From Bdellovibrionales bacterium (lineage in GTDB: Bacteria > Bdellovibrionota > Bdellovibrionia > Bdellovibrionales > UBA1609), in the NCBI GenBank assembly GCA_041690295.1, contig JAWLHR010000023.1:1-45525 (forward strand): a stretch of DNA of 45,525 bases, written 5' to 3'. Made by a program: the position numbers and the translations under genes. This document shows, piece by piece, positions 26,612-35,626 of the stretch. Under the pieces are notes generated by a model. The model saw only the letters and a list, made by a program, of their open reading frames with translations, was not told the origin of the DNA and did no database searches. The number at the start of each line of letters is the position of its first letter. The first letter of the stretch is position 1.

Positions 26612-26740
26612 TGGTGCAGAGGAGTGAATTGAGAACTCTCGTGTTCGACAAAAATAGCAGGATGCTATTTTTGCGCGTCAGCCCTGAGCCCACGGGCGAA
26701 GGGTCGAGGGCAGGAGCCCGAGACAATCTCACTCGCTCCG
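26612..26740. repeat. tRNA-linked palindromic element: inverted degenerate copy of the tRNA 3' end, three hairpins, then a direct copy of the tRNA 3' end
   Basis: 26725-26740 AATCTCACTCGCTCCG vs tRNA 26556-26571 AATCTCACTCTCTCCG (15/16). 26612-26638 resembles the reverse complement of the tRNA T-arm/acceptor. Confidence 0.75.
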
Positions 26741-26998
26741 AAATTCACACCCGGTTACACTTGCAATTCGAATTAGTGCGCCAAGAGTTTCAATCACAGC
26801 ATCGGGAGTTCCAAATTCAGAACCGTAGGTTCCATCAACATATGGAGTTGTACTCAGAAACACGAGTCTGTCATTGAGGATGATGTAGTAGGCCGTATGG
26901 TCATCAGTATAACCATCCTGCTTGTGGTGGATTTCTCCGAACTCACAGATATTTTCACGATTCGAAAAACATTCAGATCGTTCCTCAATTGGCGGCAA
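26729..26998 (-). CDS. Hypothetical protein or gene fragment
   Basis: 89-aa ORF with protein-like composition but no clear SD. Runs into the tRNA-linked element. Confidence 0.35.
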   Translation of the reverse strand: MPPIEERSECFSNRENICEFGEIHHKQDGYTDDHTAYYIILNDRLVFLSTTPYVDGTYGSEFGTPDAVIETLGALIRIASVTGCEFRSE

Positions 26999-27049
26999 TC
27001 AATAACCTGGACTTGTTGATATTCGCTTGGCTCTCTAAGCTTAAGGCTC

Positions 27050-27784
27050 ATGTCGAAGAATTTGGAATCGGTCCGTTGGGCTATAATTTTTGGCGCGGTC
27101 GGCTTCGCGGCTGGATTTTTTGGACCCATGATTCTCGCGCCCGAGGCCAATCAGGGTCCACTCGTCGGAATTTTGATGTCGGGACCCGGCGGTTTCGTGC
27201 TCGGATTCATGCTTTATGGCGTAGCACGTCTTTTCGCTTTCAATCCAAAAAAACGACAACGCTTTCGTAACATTTGTGCCGTCGTTTTCGGCGTGTCCGT
27301 CTTAGCTATCTTCCTGTTTCCCGCTCCCGAGCGACACGGATATGCTTTCGATCTCGAAGTGCGCTCCTGCCAAAGCTCTTCGGAGGCCACCGACAGAATT
27401 ATCGATTACTGGAAGAAACGAATCTCGGCCACCCACTGGGCCGAACCACGCCCTGGATGGGAACAGCAAATGCACGAAGAGCTCGCCAAGGATCAGGGCT
27501 CCTTGATTGAAGCGGCGATCTCACGCAAAAGAAAATTCGACAGATCCCGCCGCTTTTGGAATAAGGGAAAGATTTACCAAGGCGAATGGCAGCCCTCTCA
27601 AGACAAAAAGACCTTTTACATCGCCAATAAGAGCTGCGCTGATTTTGCCATAGGAATGAAGGGAACTTTTTATCAATCGGCTGTTGGACGAGTGAGGTCA
27701 CCAAACGAGTGGCCCCCATCGGCTGTGGAAAGCTTTATGCCTTACCCGGATTTGAAAGACATTCCGTCTGAATTAAGGCAGTGA
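27050..27784 (+). CDS. Membrane hypothetical protein (3 TM plus soluble domain)
   Basis: GAVGFAAGFFGPMILAPEANQGPL.GI...GP.G motif and hydrophobic helices. Confidence 0.85.
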   Translation: MSKNLESVRWAIIFGAVGFAAGFFGPMILAPEANQGPLVGILMSGPGGFVLGFMLYGVARLFAFNPKKRQRFRNICAVVFGVSVLAIFLFPAPERHGYAFDLEVRSCQSSSEATDRIIDYWKKRISATHWAEPRPGWEQQMHEELAKDQGSLIEAAISRKRKFDRSRRFWNKGKIYQGEWQPSQDKKTFYIANKSCADFAIGMKGTFYQSAVGRVRSPNEWPPSAVESFMPYPDLKDIPSELRQ

Positions 27785-27791
27785 GCAACCT

Positions 27792-28373
27792 TTATGTTAG
27801 AGCCACATGAACCCTACGCGCGACTTCGGGAAGAACTTCGCGTTCGAACCAACGGTTCTTATGCATCCAAAGGTTATTCAGCGGTGAGGGGTGTGGAAGC
27901 GGCAAATTCTTGGGCGCATATTCACGCCACGCCTTGACCGTCGCGGTTAATGACGATTTCCGCCGCGAGCCGAGAAAGGCGGCATGAGCATACGTACCTA
28001 GGAGAACCACCAATTGAATCGCTGGCATGTGTTCAAGGAATTGATGGTGCCAAAGCCGAAAGCACTCTTTGCGTGGCGGCTTGTCGCCGGTCTTATCTTT
28101 TCCCGGGTAACAAAATCCGACGGGCAATATGGCCACCTTTTTCTTGTCGTAAAATATGTCACGGGAAATTCCCATCCATTCCCGCAAACGATCACCGCTT
28201 TTGTCATTCCAAGGAATTTCGGTTTCATGAACAATCAGACTGGGCGCCTGGCCCACGATAAGAATGCGAGCAGACGGATGGACCTGAAAAACCGGCCGTG
28301 GCGGCAAAGGTAAATGAGCCCGGCATATGTCACAGGCCCGCGCGCGCCTTTCAATTTCATTGAATGAAGTCAC
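27792..28373 (-). CDS. Uracil-DNA glycosylase superfamily protein
   Basis: C..C...L, ILIVGQAP, PWND.SGDRLR.WMG, GFCYPG and PLPHPSP.N. Confidence 0.92.
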   Translation of the reverse strand: MTSFNEIERRARACDICRAHLPLPPRPVFQVHPSARILIVGQAPSLIVHETEIPWNDKSGDRLREWMGISRDIFYDKKKVAILPVGFCYPGKDKTGDKPPRKECFRLWHHQFLEHMPAIQLVVLLGTYAHAAFLGSRRKSSLTATVKAWREYAPKNLPLPHPSPLNNLWMHKNRWFEREVLPEVARRVHVALT

Positions 28374-28420
28374 AACGTCCGCTTATCCCGCGTTTCCCGG
28401 ACGCGAGCAAGTTCGCAAAT

Positions 28421-29458
28421 CTAAAGTTGCAAGAACCAACTCTCCCAAGTTCGCGACGAGTTCGCAAGGGACGAAAGATTCAGGCTCGGCGCATGCGGAA
28501 CATCACTTGGCGCGATCCCAAAGCGGCGTCTAAAGGCTCGTGTGAAGGCGGAGGCATCTGAATAACCGACGGCCCGGGCGACCTCGGAAATACTTAGCCA
28601 TTCATGACCTGGCGCCGAAAATTTTTTGTAGGCAAGATCCAAGCGCCGCGCCCGAACATACTGAGCGATCCCACCTTCCGGATCAAACAAACGATAAAAA
28701 TGAGTGCGTGAGATGTTAAAACGCTCACAAATCAAGTCGATGCTCAGTTCAGGCCGATGAAGATTTTGATCAATAAATCGTTTTATACTCGATTTCAGCA
28801 TCTGCAGGTGAAGAAGTGACGGCGTCTTCGTTGAGCCGCCGGCTGATTCTCGATTTAAGGCCGCGGCAATCAGACCCAAACACACACGTGACGCTTCCGT
28901 CGCATCCTGCACCGACATCTCGCCAACCGAGTGCAATAATCCGTTGATATAACCCAAAATCAGCTGACAAAAGGGGTTTCGCATATCAATCACCCGAGCG
29001 TGCTGAGCATCCTCATGGGTCAACTGGGGCGCCAACAACCGCCGCGGGACCACCAACGTGCAATTGCAAAAGTCATTGGTGATCGCGCTCCAAGGTTGGG
29101 ATGTGTCTATGACCAGAATTTTCCCAGGGCTTCCAATCGCTTCACGACCGGCGTCCGAATGTTTGGTGAAACCATAAACGTACGTTTGAATCAGAAAATG
29201 ATCGACTCCATCTCGCGCGATCATCTGACGTGTTCGATTGAAGTGTTGCCCCTTGGTCTCACATTCAACGAGCAAAACTTCACCGAAGGAATAGGTTGTG
29301 ATTTCGGCGGAAAAATCAGAGCCCGTGGCGCTGGGTTTGGTGACTTCGAACACCACACCCATGCTTTCCCTGAAAGCTTCATAGCGCTTCGACGCCTCAA
29401 CACCCGAAGTTGAAAAACGACACTTTGGAATCCGTTGCATGTCATGGAAATTATACAT
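28421..29458 (-). CDS. AraC family transcriptional regulator (FeaR-like N-terminal domain)
   Basis: C-terminal double HTH (ISRTHFYRLF; ISEVA.AVGYSD.SAFTRAFRRRFG..PS). Start could be 29440. Confidence 0.92.
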   Translation of the reverse strand: MYNFHDMQRIPKCRFSTSGVEASKRYEAFRESMGVVFEVTKPSATGSDFSAEITTYSFGEVLLVECETKGQHFNRTRQMIARDGVDHFLIQTYVYGFTKHSDAGREAIGSPGKILVIDTSQPWSAITNDFCNCTLVVPRRLLAPQLTHEDAQHARVIDMRNPFCQLILGYINGLLHSVGEMSVQDATEASRVCLGLIAAALNRESAGGSTKTPSLLHLQMLKSSIKRFIDQNLHRPELSIDLICERFNISRTHFYRLFDPEGGIAQYVRARRLDLAYKKFSAPGHEWLSISEVARAVGYSDASAFTRAFRRRFGIAPSDVPHAPSLNLSSLANSSRTWESWFLQL

Positions 29459-29541
29459 TAAACGCGAGTCGGAATCGTAGCTTTATTCTGTTTAACCACG
29501 CCATCTTGTCATTTCGCCAGGAACCGGGTTATTCCAGCGGT

Positions 29542-30258
29542 GTGGTTGCGAATGCTGTTCTCGTCCTCTTACTTATCCTTGCGCAAATTGGGAGGGTCGA
29601 CGGACCGCAATCCACCGACCAGCGAGTCACCGAGTACCATTTCCGATGCACCGACCTGTTCCGGCTCAAGAAGGGCCGCCAGTATTTGTTCAATAAAAAT
29701 CTTGAGCACTCGATGGACTGGAAGATGTTTTCCCGAACTTACCCCACCTCCGAATGGGGATTAACGGTTGAGACAGGCCATCCTGATGAGCCGGGTCCGA
29801 TCGCGTATTTGCAAAGGCTTGAGGGAACCACGGTCATCCGGTTTCGCACACTAACCCTTGACGCTCCGAAAGCTGAGTTTGTGAGAAAACGGCTGGAGGT
29901 GGAAAAAGAGAAAAAGGCTCAACTAACGCCGATCGACCTGGCGCTCTTGGACGCCAGCACCGACTTTCATATCTTTGATCTTTTCCCCGACGACGCCAAA
30001 TTTCTCCTGACCAGCCTGGAAATCAGTCCCGATTGGAGAAGTCTTCTCTCCGGAATGTATGTTTTCTTTCGCTCCGAGTACGCCGTGATTTTATCGAGAA
30101 ATCTGAATTCCATGTCCGTGTGCATCCCCGTTCTCGCGGACCATGGGCGATTCACCCGCAAAATACCTGGTGAGGTCATCAGGAATTCGTCATTTGAATT
30201 TCTGGTTCGAGTCTCCCAGCTCCAGGTGATGAGGTGTGAAGGATTCCTGGCCAATTGA
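29542..30258 (+). CDS. Hypothetical protein, probably exported
   Basis: Long ORF with a hydrophobic stretch after GTG 29542. Start uncertain. Confidence 0.6.
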   Translation: MVANAVLVLLLILAQIGRVDGPQSTDQRVTEYHFRCTDLFRLKKGRQYLFNKNLEHSMDWKMFSRTYPTSEWGLTVETGHPDEPGPIAYLQRLEGTTVIRFRTLTLDAPKAEFVRKRLEVEKEKKAQLTPIDLALLDASTDFHIFDLFPDDAKFLLTSLEISPDWRSLLSGMYVFFRSEYAVILSRNLNSMSVCIPVLADHGRFTRKIPGEVIRNSSFEFLVRVSQLQVMRCEGFLAN

Positions 30259-30367
30259 TCTCACGGCATCCTCGGCCCGTCGTCAGCAAATTAATTTAAC
30301 TTTCCTCGGAAAAGCCTATAGAAGGGTTACTCCCTAAAAATTGACCGCGTTCATCCGAGGTATTGCT

Positions 30368-30775
30368 ATGCGCGCCTTCACACGGTTTTTTATGATTCTA
30401 ATTCTTGGGCTTTTGCCCTTTCAGGCGTTCTCAATGGTTTGTGAATCTACGAACGGATGGTCAGTGCATTTTGCACGGACGAGTTCCGGCTTTTTTGACC
30501 AATTTGATATTGAAATCCTCAATGATAAGTCGGAAATCCTGGCCAGCTTTATCGCTCAAAGCGTTGTGGATGAGATGGAACCAAACCGGACGACGTTCAT
30601 CGTTGAGAGAATTCACTATGACCTTCTTGGAATAAAACGGATTTTTCATTTCGTGGATCAAAGCGGACTCCACAAATCCAATCGAAATTACATCGAGATC
30701 AAAATCGAAACGGGTAATTACCTGCTCTTATGCCGTAAAAATTTGCGGTTCGGCATCGAACATCGATTGAATTAG
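30368..30775 (+). CDS. Secreted hypothetical protein
   Basis: GAGG SD, signal peptide (AFS), and an N-/C-terminal Cys pair. Confidence 0.7.
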   Translation: MRAFTRFFMILILGLLPFQAFSMVCESTNGWSVHFARTSSGFFDQFDIEILNDKSEILASFIAQSVVDEMEPNRTTFIVERIHYDLLGIKRIFHFVDQSGLHKSNRNYIEIKIETGNYLLLCRKNLRFGIEHRLN

Positions 30776-30969
30776 CGGTTCGTCCGCTCCATCACCAGCT
30801 GGAGATAGTCCGGATAAATCCATTTCGGCTCCCCTCCCTGACGAGGATAGAGCAACTCACCCACTGGAGTCTGAGGACGGCATCCATATCTGCAGGATGA
30901 CCTGACATCAGTGGAACGCGAGGGAATGGGGCCTGACTTCGACCTGATTATCATTCTTAAAAATCTCAT
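30772..30969 (-). CDS. Small hypothetical protein (65 aa)
   Basis: GGAGG SD and an upstream sigma54 promoter. Confidence 0.55.
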   Translation of the reverse strand: MRFLRMIIRSKSGPIPSRSTDVRSSCRYGCRPQTPVGELLYPRQGGEPKWIYPDYLQLVMERTNR

Positions 30970-30993
30970 GGCATCCTCCGTTCCTTCGCTCAT

Positions 30994-31009
30994 CGCAAAG
31001 GCCGGGCCA
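30994..31009 (-). promoter_or_regulatory. Sigma54 promoter TGGCCCGGCCTTTGCG
   Basis: GG-N10-GC with TTGC, 24 nt upstream of ATG 30969. Confidence 0.65.
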
Positions 31010-31098
31010 AAAGAGGAATCGGCTGGGCGTCAAAATAAAGGGCTTTTAGAGTGAAAATGTCCGGATTGTCGGAATTTCAAAATAGTTTCTTAGACGGC

Positions 31099-31761
31099 CT
31101 AGAAGGCCCAATTCATACCAAAGGCCCAAATCGACGTACGCCACGAATGCTGGTGAGAAAGCGTAATATTCATGGCCAGCTTGTCGGTGAAGCGATTTTG
31201 GTAAATAGCCCCGATCCCAAAAGAGTAAGGTTCATCCTTGGCCTTGAGGTCCGAGCCGGCGTTAAATTTCCACTGAATTTTACGATAAACCGCCGGAATG
31301 TAGACTCCGAACCTGGACACCGGAGTGGTATTATAAACCAGGCCGGCGCGGAAAGTGGTGCCCCACCAGAACTGGTTGTCCAGAACGTCTGGAATTATCA
31401 CTGATTCGCCCTTTCCTTTCAAAGTTCCAAAGGAAAGATCCACACCGACTATTTTTTCCCAGTCCGAGGCCCGACGAGGGATGTGGTAATCAAAGCCGAT
31501 GCTGAGTCCCTTAAGTTGCGTCTGCATTTTGGTGGTACTGGATCCTCGCACCAAGGTGATCGCCTCCTGCCAAAAGAGGTAGGTCCCAGTCGTACTGAAG
31601 TAGCGACGCTTGGTCGGACGGTCCTCGATCGGAAAAGTACGAGTTACAACGACGGTTTCTCTGGCTTTTTTTGTTTTCTTACGGCGCTCTTTGGCTTCCG
31701 CTCCCGGTGCGATCAGGAGCAAAATCAGAGCGAGACGTGCAGCTGTGTTAATATAATCCAC
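31099..31761 (-). CDS. Outer-membrane beta-barrel protein (about 8 strands)
   Basis: Signal peptide, alternating aromatic strands and C-terminal ...FGMNWAF. Confidence 0.75.
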   Translation of the reverse strand: MDYINTAARLALILLLIAPGAEAKERRKKTKKARETVVVTRTFPIEDRPTKRRYFSTTGTYLFWQEAITLVRGSSTTKMQTQLKGLSIGFDYHIPRRASDWEKIVGVDLSFGTLKGKGESVIIPDVLDNQFWWGTTFRAGLVYNTTPVSRFGVYIPAVYRKIQWKFNAGSDLKAKDEPYSFGIGAIYQNRFTDKLAMNITLSHQHSWRTSIWAFGMNWAF

Positions 31762-32882
31762 GATTCCCTCTGTACTTCCGCGCTATCCGTAAATTGGCGT
31801 CCATTCTCCAACTCAACCCGCCATTCGAAACGGGACGCCGGAAAAATTAAAAGCCCGGCACCGGTCCGCAATAAATCAGGGCGACCGGCTTTCATGTCAT
31901 CCTTGTAAAGCTGACCCACCACAAACACATGGTAACCTCGGTAAAGCTTTTGAATGGCCTGGCCGTAAAAATAATAGCCAAGTTTGGCGTCGCCGACTTT
32001 GGGGTCGTCATGGATTAATCCCAGTTCGCCAAGCAGCGCCGAACCGTCGCCGAAACCGTACCGGTTGAAAACGCCCACACGACCGTTCTTTATATAATCA
32101 TTGAAGGAGTAAAGTGCTGAGCCGCCGATTCGCCAGGCTTCGGCGGGTTCGTATTCATACAAGGTGGAAACTCCCTTTTGCCTGAGTTTCGCGTCCTGAA
32201 ACAAATTTCCCATGAAGAGATCAACGGTGAACTCGTATTTCGGCTGGATATAGTGGGCAATGAAACTATGCGCTTGGTCGTTTTGGCCGAACCCGAGCTT
32301 GGCGCGATTGAAAGCGGTGTGATTCACATGACGAATCCCGTACACCTTGTCGAGCATCCCCGCGTAGAGCCATAAGTTTTCGCCGTAAAGCACGCGAACG
32401 TAGTGCTCCCGCGAAATCATCTCCTCAATTTTTTTGCCGCCTTGAATATTCGCGTACCGTTGCGGTTCCGGTACATATCCGATCGAGCCGATGAATCCGT
32501 ATTTCTGATTGCGATCAAAGAAAATAGCGAGGTTCGCATCCGCCTGCATTGTTATGTTTCGAGTGTACGCACCGGAAGACGGAGGATTCGGTTTCATTAC
32601 AAGTTGTCGACCCTTGAGCCCCGGCCGTATCCAAAATGGAAATTGCACGCTTCCCAAAAATCCAGAAGCTTGGCCCAACTCCTCATCCGTTCGTCCAAAC
32701 GCGAAGGCCCGTCCGCCGATCTCAGCGGCCCATAGAGCCCGTCCATAATCATTCAGCGGGCCGTTGCCGTGTCCATTAAAATGACAGGTCAAACACGAAG
32801 CGTATTTATATCCGATAAATTCGGGGTAGGCGGATGCCGACCAAGGCATAAACAACGCGAGAAAAATCAGAATGTGTGGCAT
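31725..32882 (-). CDS. Outer-membrane beta-barrel with N-terminal c-type heme motif (CLTCH)
   Basis: Signal peptide, then YPEFIGY.Y.SCLTCH....G.GPLNDYGR, porin-like strands and terminal QLHVSL. Confidence 0.8.
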   Translation of the reverse strand: MPHILIFLALFMPWSASAYPEFIGYKYASCLTCHFNGHGNGPLNDYGRALWAAEIGGRAFAFGRTDEELGQASGFLGSVQFPFWIRPGLKGRQLVMKPNPPSSGAYTRNITMQADANLAIFFDRNQKYGFIGSIGYVPEPQRYANIQGGKKIEEMISREHYVRVLYGENLWLYAGMLDKVYGIRHVNHTAFNRAKLGFGQNDQAHSFIAHYIQPKYEFTVDLFMGNLFQDAKLRQKGVSTLYEYEPAEAWRIGGSALYSFNDYIKNGRVGVFNRYGFGDGSALLGELGLIHDDPKVGDAKLGYYFYGQAIQKLYRGYHVFVVGQLYKDDMKAGRPDLLRTGAGLLIFPASRFEWRVELENGRQFTDSAEVQRESWIILTQLHVSL

Positions 32883-32937
32883 CGAAATCAAAGTCTAGCT
32901 ACAATGATACTGGGGAGCAAGGTTGATAGGGGGGAAA

Positions 32938-33471
32938 ATGTTTTTTTTTGAGACACTTGCTAAACTGGCATTCGCAATCTCACTTTCAACGGCGTACGCC
33001 AAAGGCCAAGTGACTGTCGATGTCACGCTCAGCCCGGCCGGAAGCTTCGCCGCCGAAACCGCCAGTGTTACGGGTTCAGCATATATGAAAGGCGATTCGG
33101 TCGTCGCCGAAAATGTAGAGGTCAACGCGACCACGCTCAAGACCGGAATTTCACTGCGTGACGATCATTTAAAAAAACGACTGATGACCGAAAAATTTCC
33201 GAAGATTAAGCTGGTTAAGGCCGTCGGTAAGGGCGGAAAAGGAAAAGGCATCATCGAAATCATGGGCAAAAAGAAAAATGTGGCCGGGACTTATGAAGTT
33301 GAGGGTAATGTATTGAAAGCCCAGTTCAAAATGAGCTTACAGGAGTTAAACATCAAGGACGTGCGCTACATGGGAGTCGGCGTTAAAGACGAAGTCACTG
33401 TCAATGTAAGCCTTCCGATTTCCAGTGCACCGCCGGCGCGCGCCGCCGCTAGCGCTAAGAAAAGGAAGTGA
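32938..33471 (+). CDS. YceI-family (lipocalin-like, isoprenoid-binding) periplasmic protein
   Basis: LKTGISLRDDHL...L..EKFP.I motif. Signal peptide. Confidence 0.88.
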   Translation: MFFFETLAKLAFAISLSTAYAKGQVTVDVTLSPAGSFAAETASVTGSAYMKGDSVVAENVEVNATTLKTGISLRDDHLKKRLMTEKFPKIKLVKAVGKGGKGKGIIEIMGKKKNVAGTYEVEGNVLKAQFKMSLQELNIKDVRYMGVGVKDEVTVNVSLPISSAPPARAAASAKKRK

Positions 33472-33477
33472 TCCGAC

Positions 33478-33846
33478 ATGAATTGGTGGCGGTTAGCGAT
33501 TTTGATTCTGATGGGGAGCCTCTCTTCCTGTTTGCAAACGGAAAATTCGAGCACTTTTGATGCGGATATGTATGGCTCGATCGGCGGCGGCAGTCCGGAA
33601 TTCATCGCCGCCCGCATGATTTTCACTCAGAGCTGTAATGGCTGCCATGCCTACCACACCCAAACCGAGGCGCAATTGGCCGCCTCGGGTCTTATTGTGG
33701 CCGGCAATCCCGAAGCCTCGCCGATTTATTATCGACTGATCGGCAGCTCGGGTGCCATGGGTCCAAAGGATATGCCGACGGGTGGGGCATTGAGTTCGGC
33801 GGAACTCATACAAATCAGAACCTGGATAGAAAACGGTACATTCTAA
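33478..33846 (+). CDS. Monoheme c-type cytochrome lipoprotein (Planctomycete cytochrome C-like)
   Basis: Lipobox LSSC, CNGCH, and G.PE.S..Y.R......MP...L...E...IR.WI. Confidence 0.85.
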   Translation: MNWWRLAILILMGSLSSCLQTENSSTFDADMYGSIGGGSPEFIAARMIFTQSCNGCHAYHTQTEAQLAASGLIVAGNPEASPIYYRLIGSSGAMGPKDMPTGGALSSAELIQIRTWIENGTF

Positions 33847-33849
33847 GCT

Positions 33850-34350
33850 TTACGGCGTGGCGGCGAATTCTTTTTCCCACCACTCAATGAGCTTACCGCA
33901 AACAATATCGCCCGCATTCACACCCATCGGACATTGATTGTCGCCGGTGTGGGCGATCTGATTGGAAACCTTAAGTATCAGCTCATTGTCCACGGCGGTG
34001 GTTCCCATCGCCAGCTTGGCCCGCATTGAAGCGTATTCATAGATCGTCAAGGGGCCGGGTTCACCCGTCACGAACTGAGGTTGATTGTGACAAGTGAAAC
34101 ACTGCTGCTGAAGAAGCGGCCGTACACTTTCCACGAAAAACAACTCATTGGGATCGGTGGGTAATGGCGGCGGATTGGAATCCATCGGATCGCCATCCGA
34201 AAGAGATCCTCCGGAAAAAGAGGCATCCGCGTACTTGGCGGATTCGTAGGCGGATTGGCAGGAAATGTATGGAATCATAATCGCCGTAAGCGACAGGATG
34301 ACCAAGGTGCGAGGTAACCCAAGCTTACGTACAGCCCTCGTGATTTTCAT
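33850..34350 (-). CDS. Monoheme c-type cytochrome lipoprotein
   Basis: Lipobox-like YISC, F.ESVRPLL..QCFTCH, later His (AHTG) as possible distal ligand, and LIEW. Confidence 0.8.
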   Translation of the reverse strand: MKITRAVRKLGLPRTLVILSLTAIMIPYISCQSAYESAKYADASFSGGSLSDGDPMDSNPPPLPTDPNELFFVESVRPLLQQQCFTCHNQPQFVTGEPGPLTIYEYASMRAKLAMGTTAVDNELILKVSNQIAHTGDNQCPMGVNAGDIVCGKLIEWWEKEFAATP

Positions 34351-34475
34351 AAAACCTCGTTTAAGTTGTCCATTTCATTATCGCCCAATCGGCGGATGGG
34401 AACCAACCTAGAGGTTTATGCTGTCGCAAATTGAAACAATATGGGCTTGATAACAGTCCTAAACTGAGACCGGAA

Positions 34476-35369
34476 TTAACGGCGACGGTAGATCAACCCG
34501 TCGAGGGTGACGCTAAGGCCGATCCACTCGTCCAAATCAAATCGGCTGGCCGCCACGTGATCTCCGCGGCGAGCGGCTTCGGATCGGACCGCATTATAAA
34601 CCGCCAATTTGATATTCGCGTGATGAAGCGGGTCCTGCGGACGCCAGGCGCGGCAATAATGAGAAAAGGTCAGCGCGAAATCAATCGCCATCGCTCCCTC
34701 ATCCTGACAAAAACCATTTTGCTCCCGCGTACATGATCCCCAAAATACTCCAAATCGGCCTTCGATATTGATGGCATCGGGATTTCCACTGTCGGTCACG
34801 ACCATGAACCCATCGTGAATCATTTTGTTCGGCCCGCTTCCGCAGGTCATGCCCACCAGATTTTTAAAAAACAGGATTTCACCCGGGCGGTGATAGCGCG
34901 GATCCGCGGCTAAAGTTCGACAAGGGTGCAAACATGTTCCCGCCATCTCCGGCTGCATGGGATAGCCAAAACCTGAACGACACCGGTAATCGCCGGCTTT
35001 ATGGCCCGGAGGAATAAAGTAATGAGTGACCGAAGCCGCTTGCTTCATTCCCCCTTGATAACCACGGACGCAGATCAAACCGGGATCTTGTAATCCCAGC
35101 TGAGCCAGTTTCCACAATTCACCTGAACCCGTTCGTGTAACTGTTGAGGTCGGAATGCCGGCGGTCCACACTGGCGATGGTTGGGGAATTCCGCTGGTGG
35201 GGATAATAGGGGATTCGACAGGCGCCACCGGTGGAACTTGTGAGTTTGGAACCACCGCCGGTCCCTGAGGGGCGGACGAGGAGCGCTTCTTATTGCAGGC
35301 GCTCAAGACGGCTAAAGATCCCAATAACAGCAGGATCAAAAGTCGGCTTTGTCCCCTTGGGCGAATCAT
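34476..35369 (-). CDS. Lipoprotein with Pro-rich linker and 3D (MltA-like double-psi barrel) domain
   Basis: Lipobox LSAC. THYF.P, RTLAADP...PG..L, HDGF.V.DSG..AI..RFGVF.G. Confidence 0.7.
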   Translation of the reverse strand: MIRPRGQSRLLILLLLGSLAVLSACNKKRSSSAPQGPAVVPNSQVPPVAPVESPIIPTSGIPQPSPVWTAGIPTSTVTRTGSGELWKLAQLGLQDPGLICVRGYQGGMKQAASVTHYFIPPGHKAGDYRCRSGFGYPMQPEMAGTCLHPCRTLAADPRYHRPGEILFFKNLVGMTCGSGPNKMIHDGFMVVTDSGNPDAINIEGRFGVFWGSCTREQNGFCQDEGAMAIDFALTFSHYCRAWRPQDPLHHANIKLAVYNAVRSEAARRGDHVAASRFDLDEWIGLSVTLDGLIYRRR

Positions 35370-35626
35370 GGTTTAGTCCTCCACGGGCCCAAGGAGAGCA
35401 AGCGACGTTCCGCCATCTACTTTATCTGGTGAAAGATCTTCTGAAGAAGATTCAAACTGGTGACAAAAAACGGCGCCACTTCCATGGCAATCAAGCAACT
35501 GTTTCGAGCACGACTCTTTTCCAAGTTGATTTGTAAATAGGATAGATTCAATCAACTAATCTTTACCTATTTCGCATTTCGACAACATGCGATATATCCC
35601 CTCCGTCAAATCCAGGAGGACTAAAA

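Noticed and set aside
35373..35555. 60-aa minus-strand ORF upstream of the 3D lipoprotein
   Set aside because: No SD or recognisable features. Lies in the divergent promoter region.
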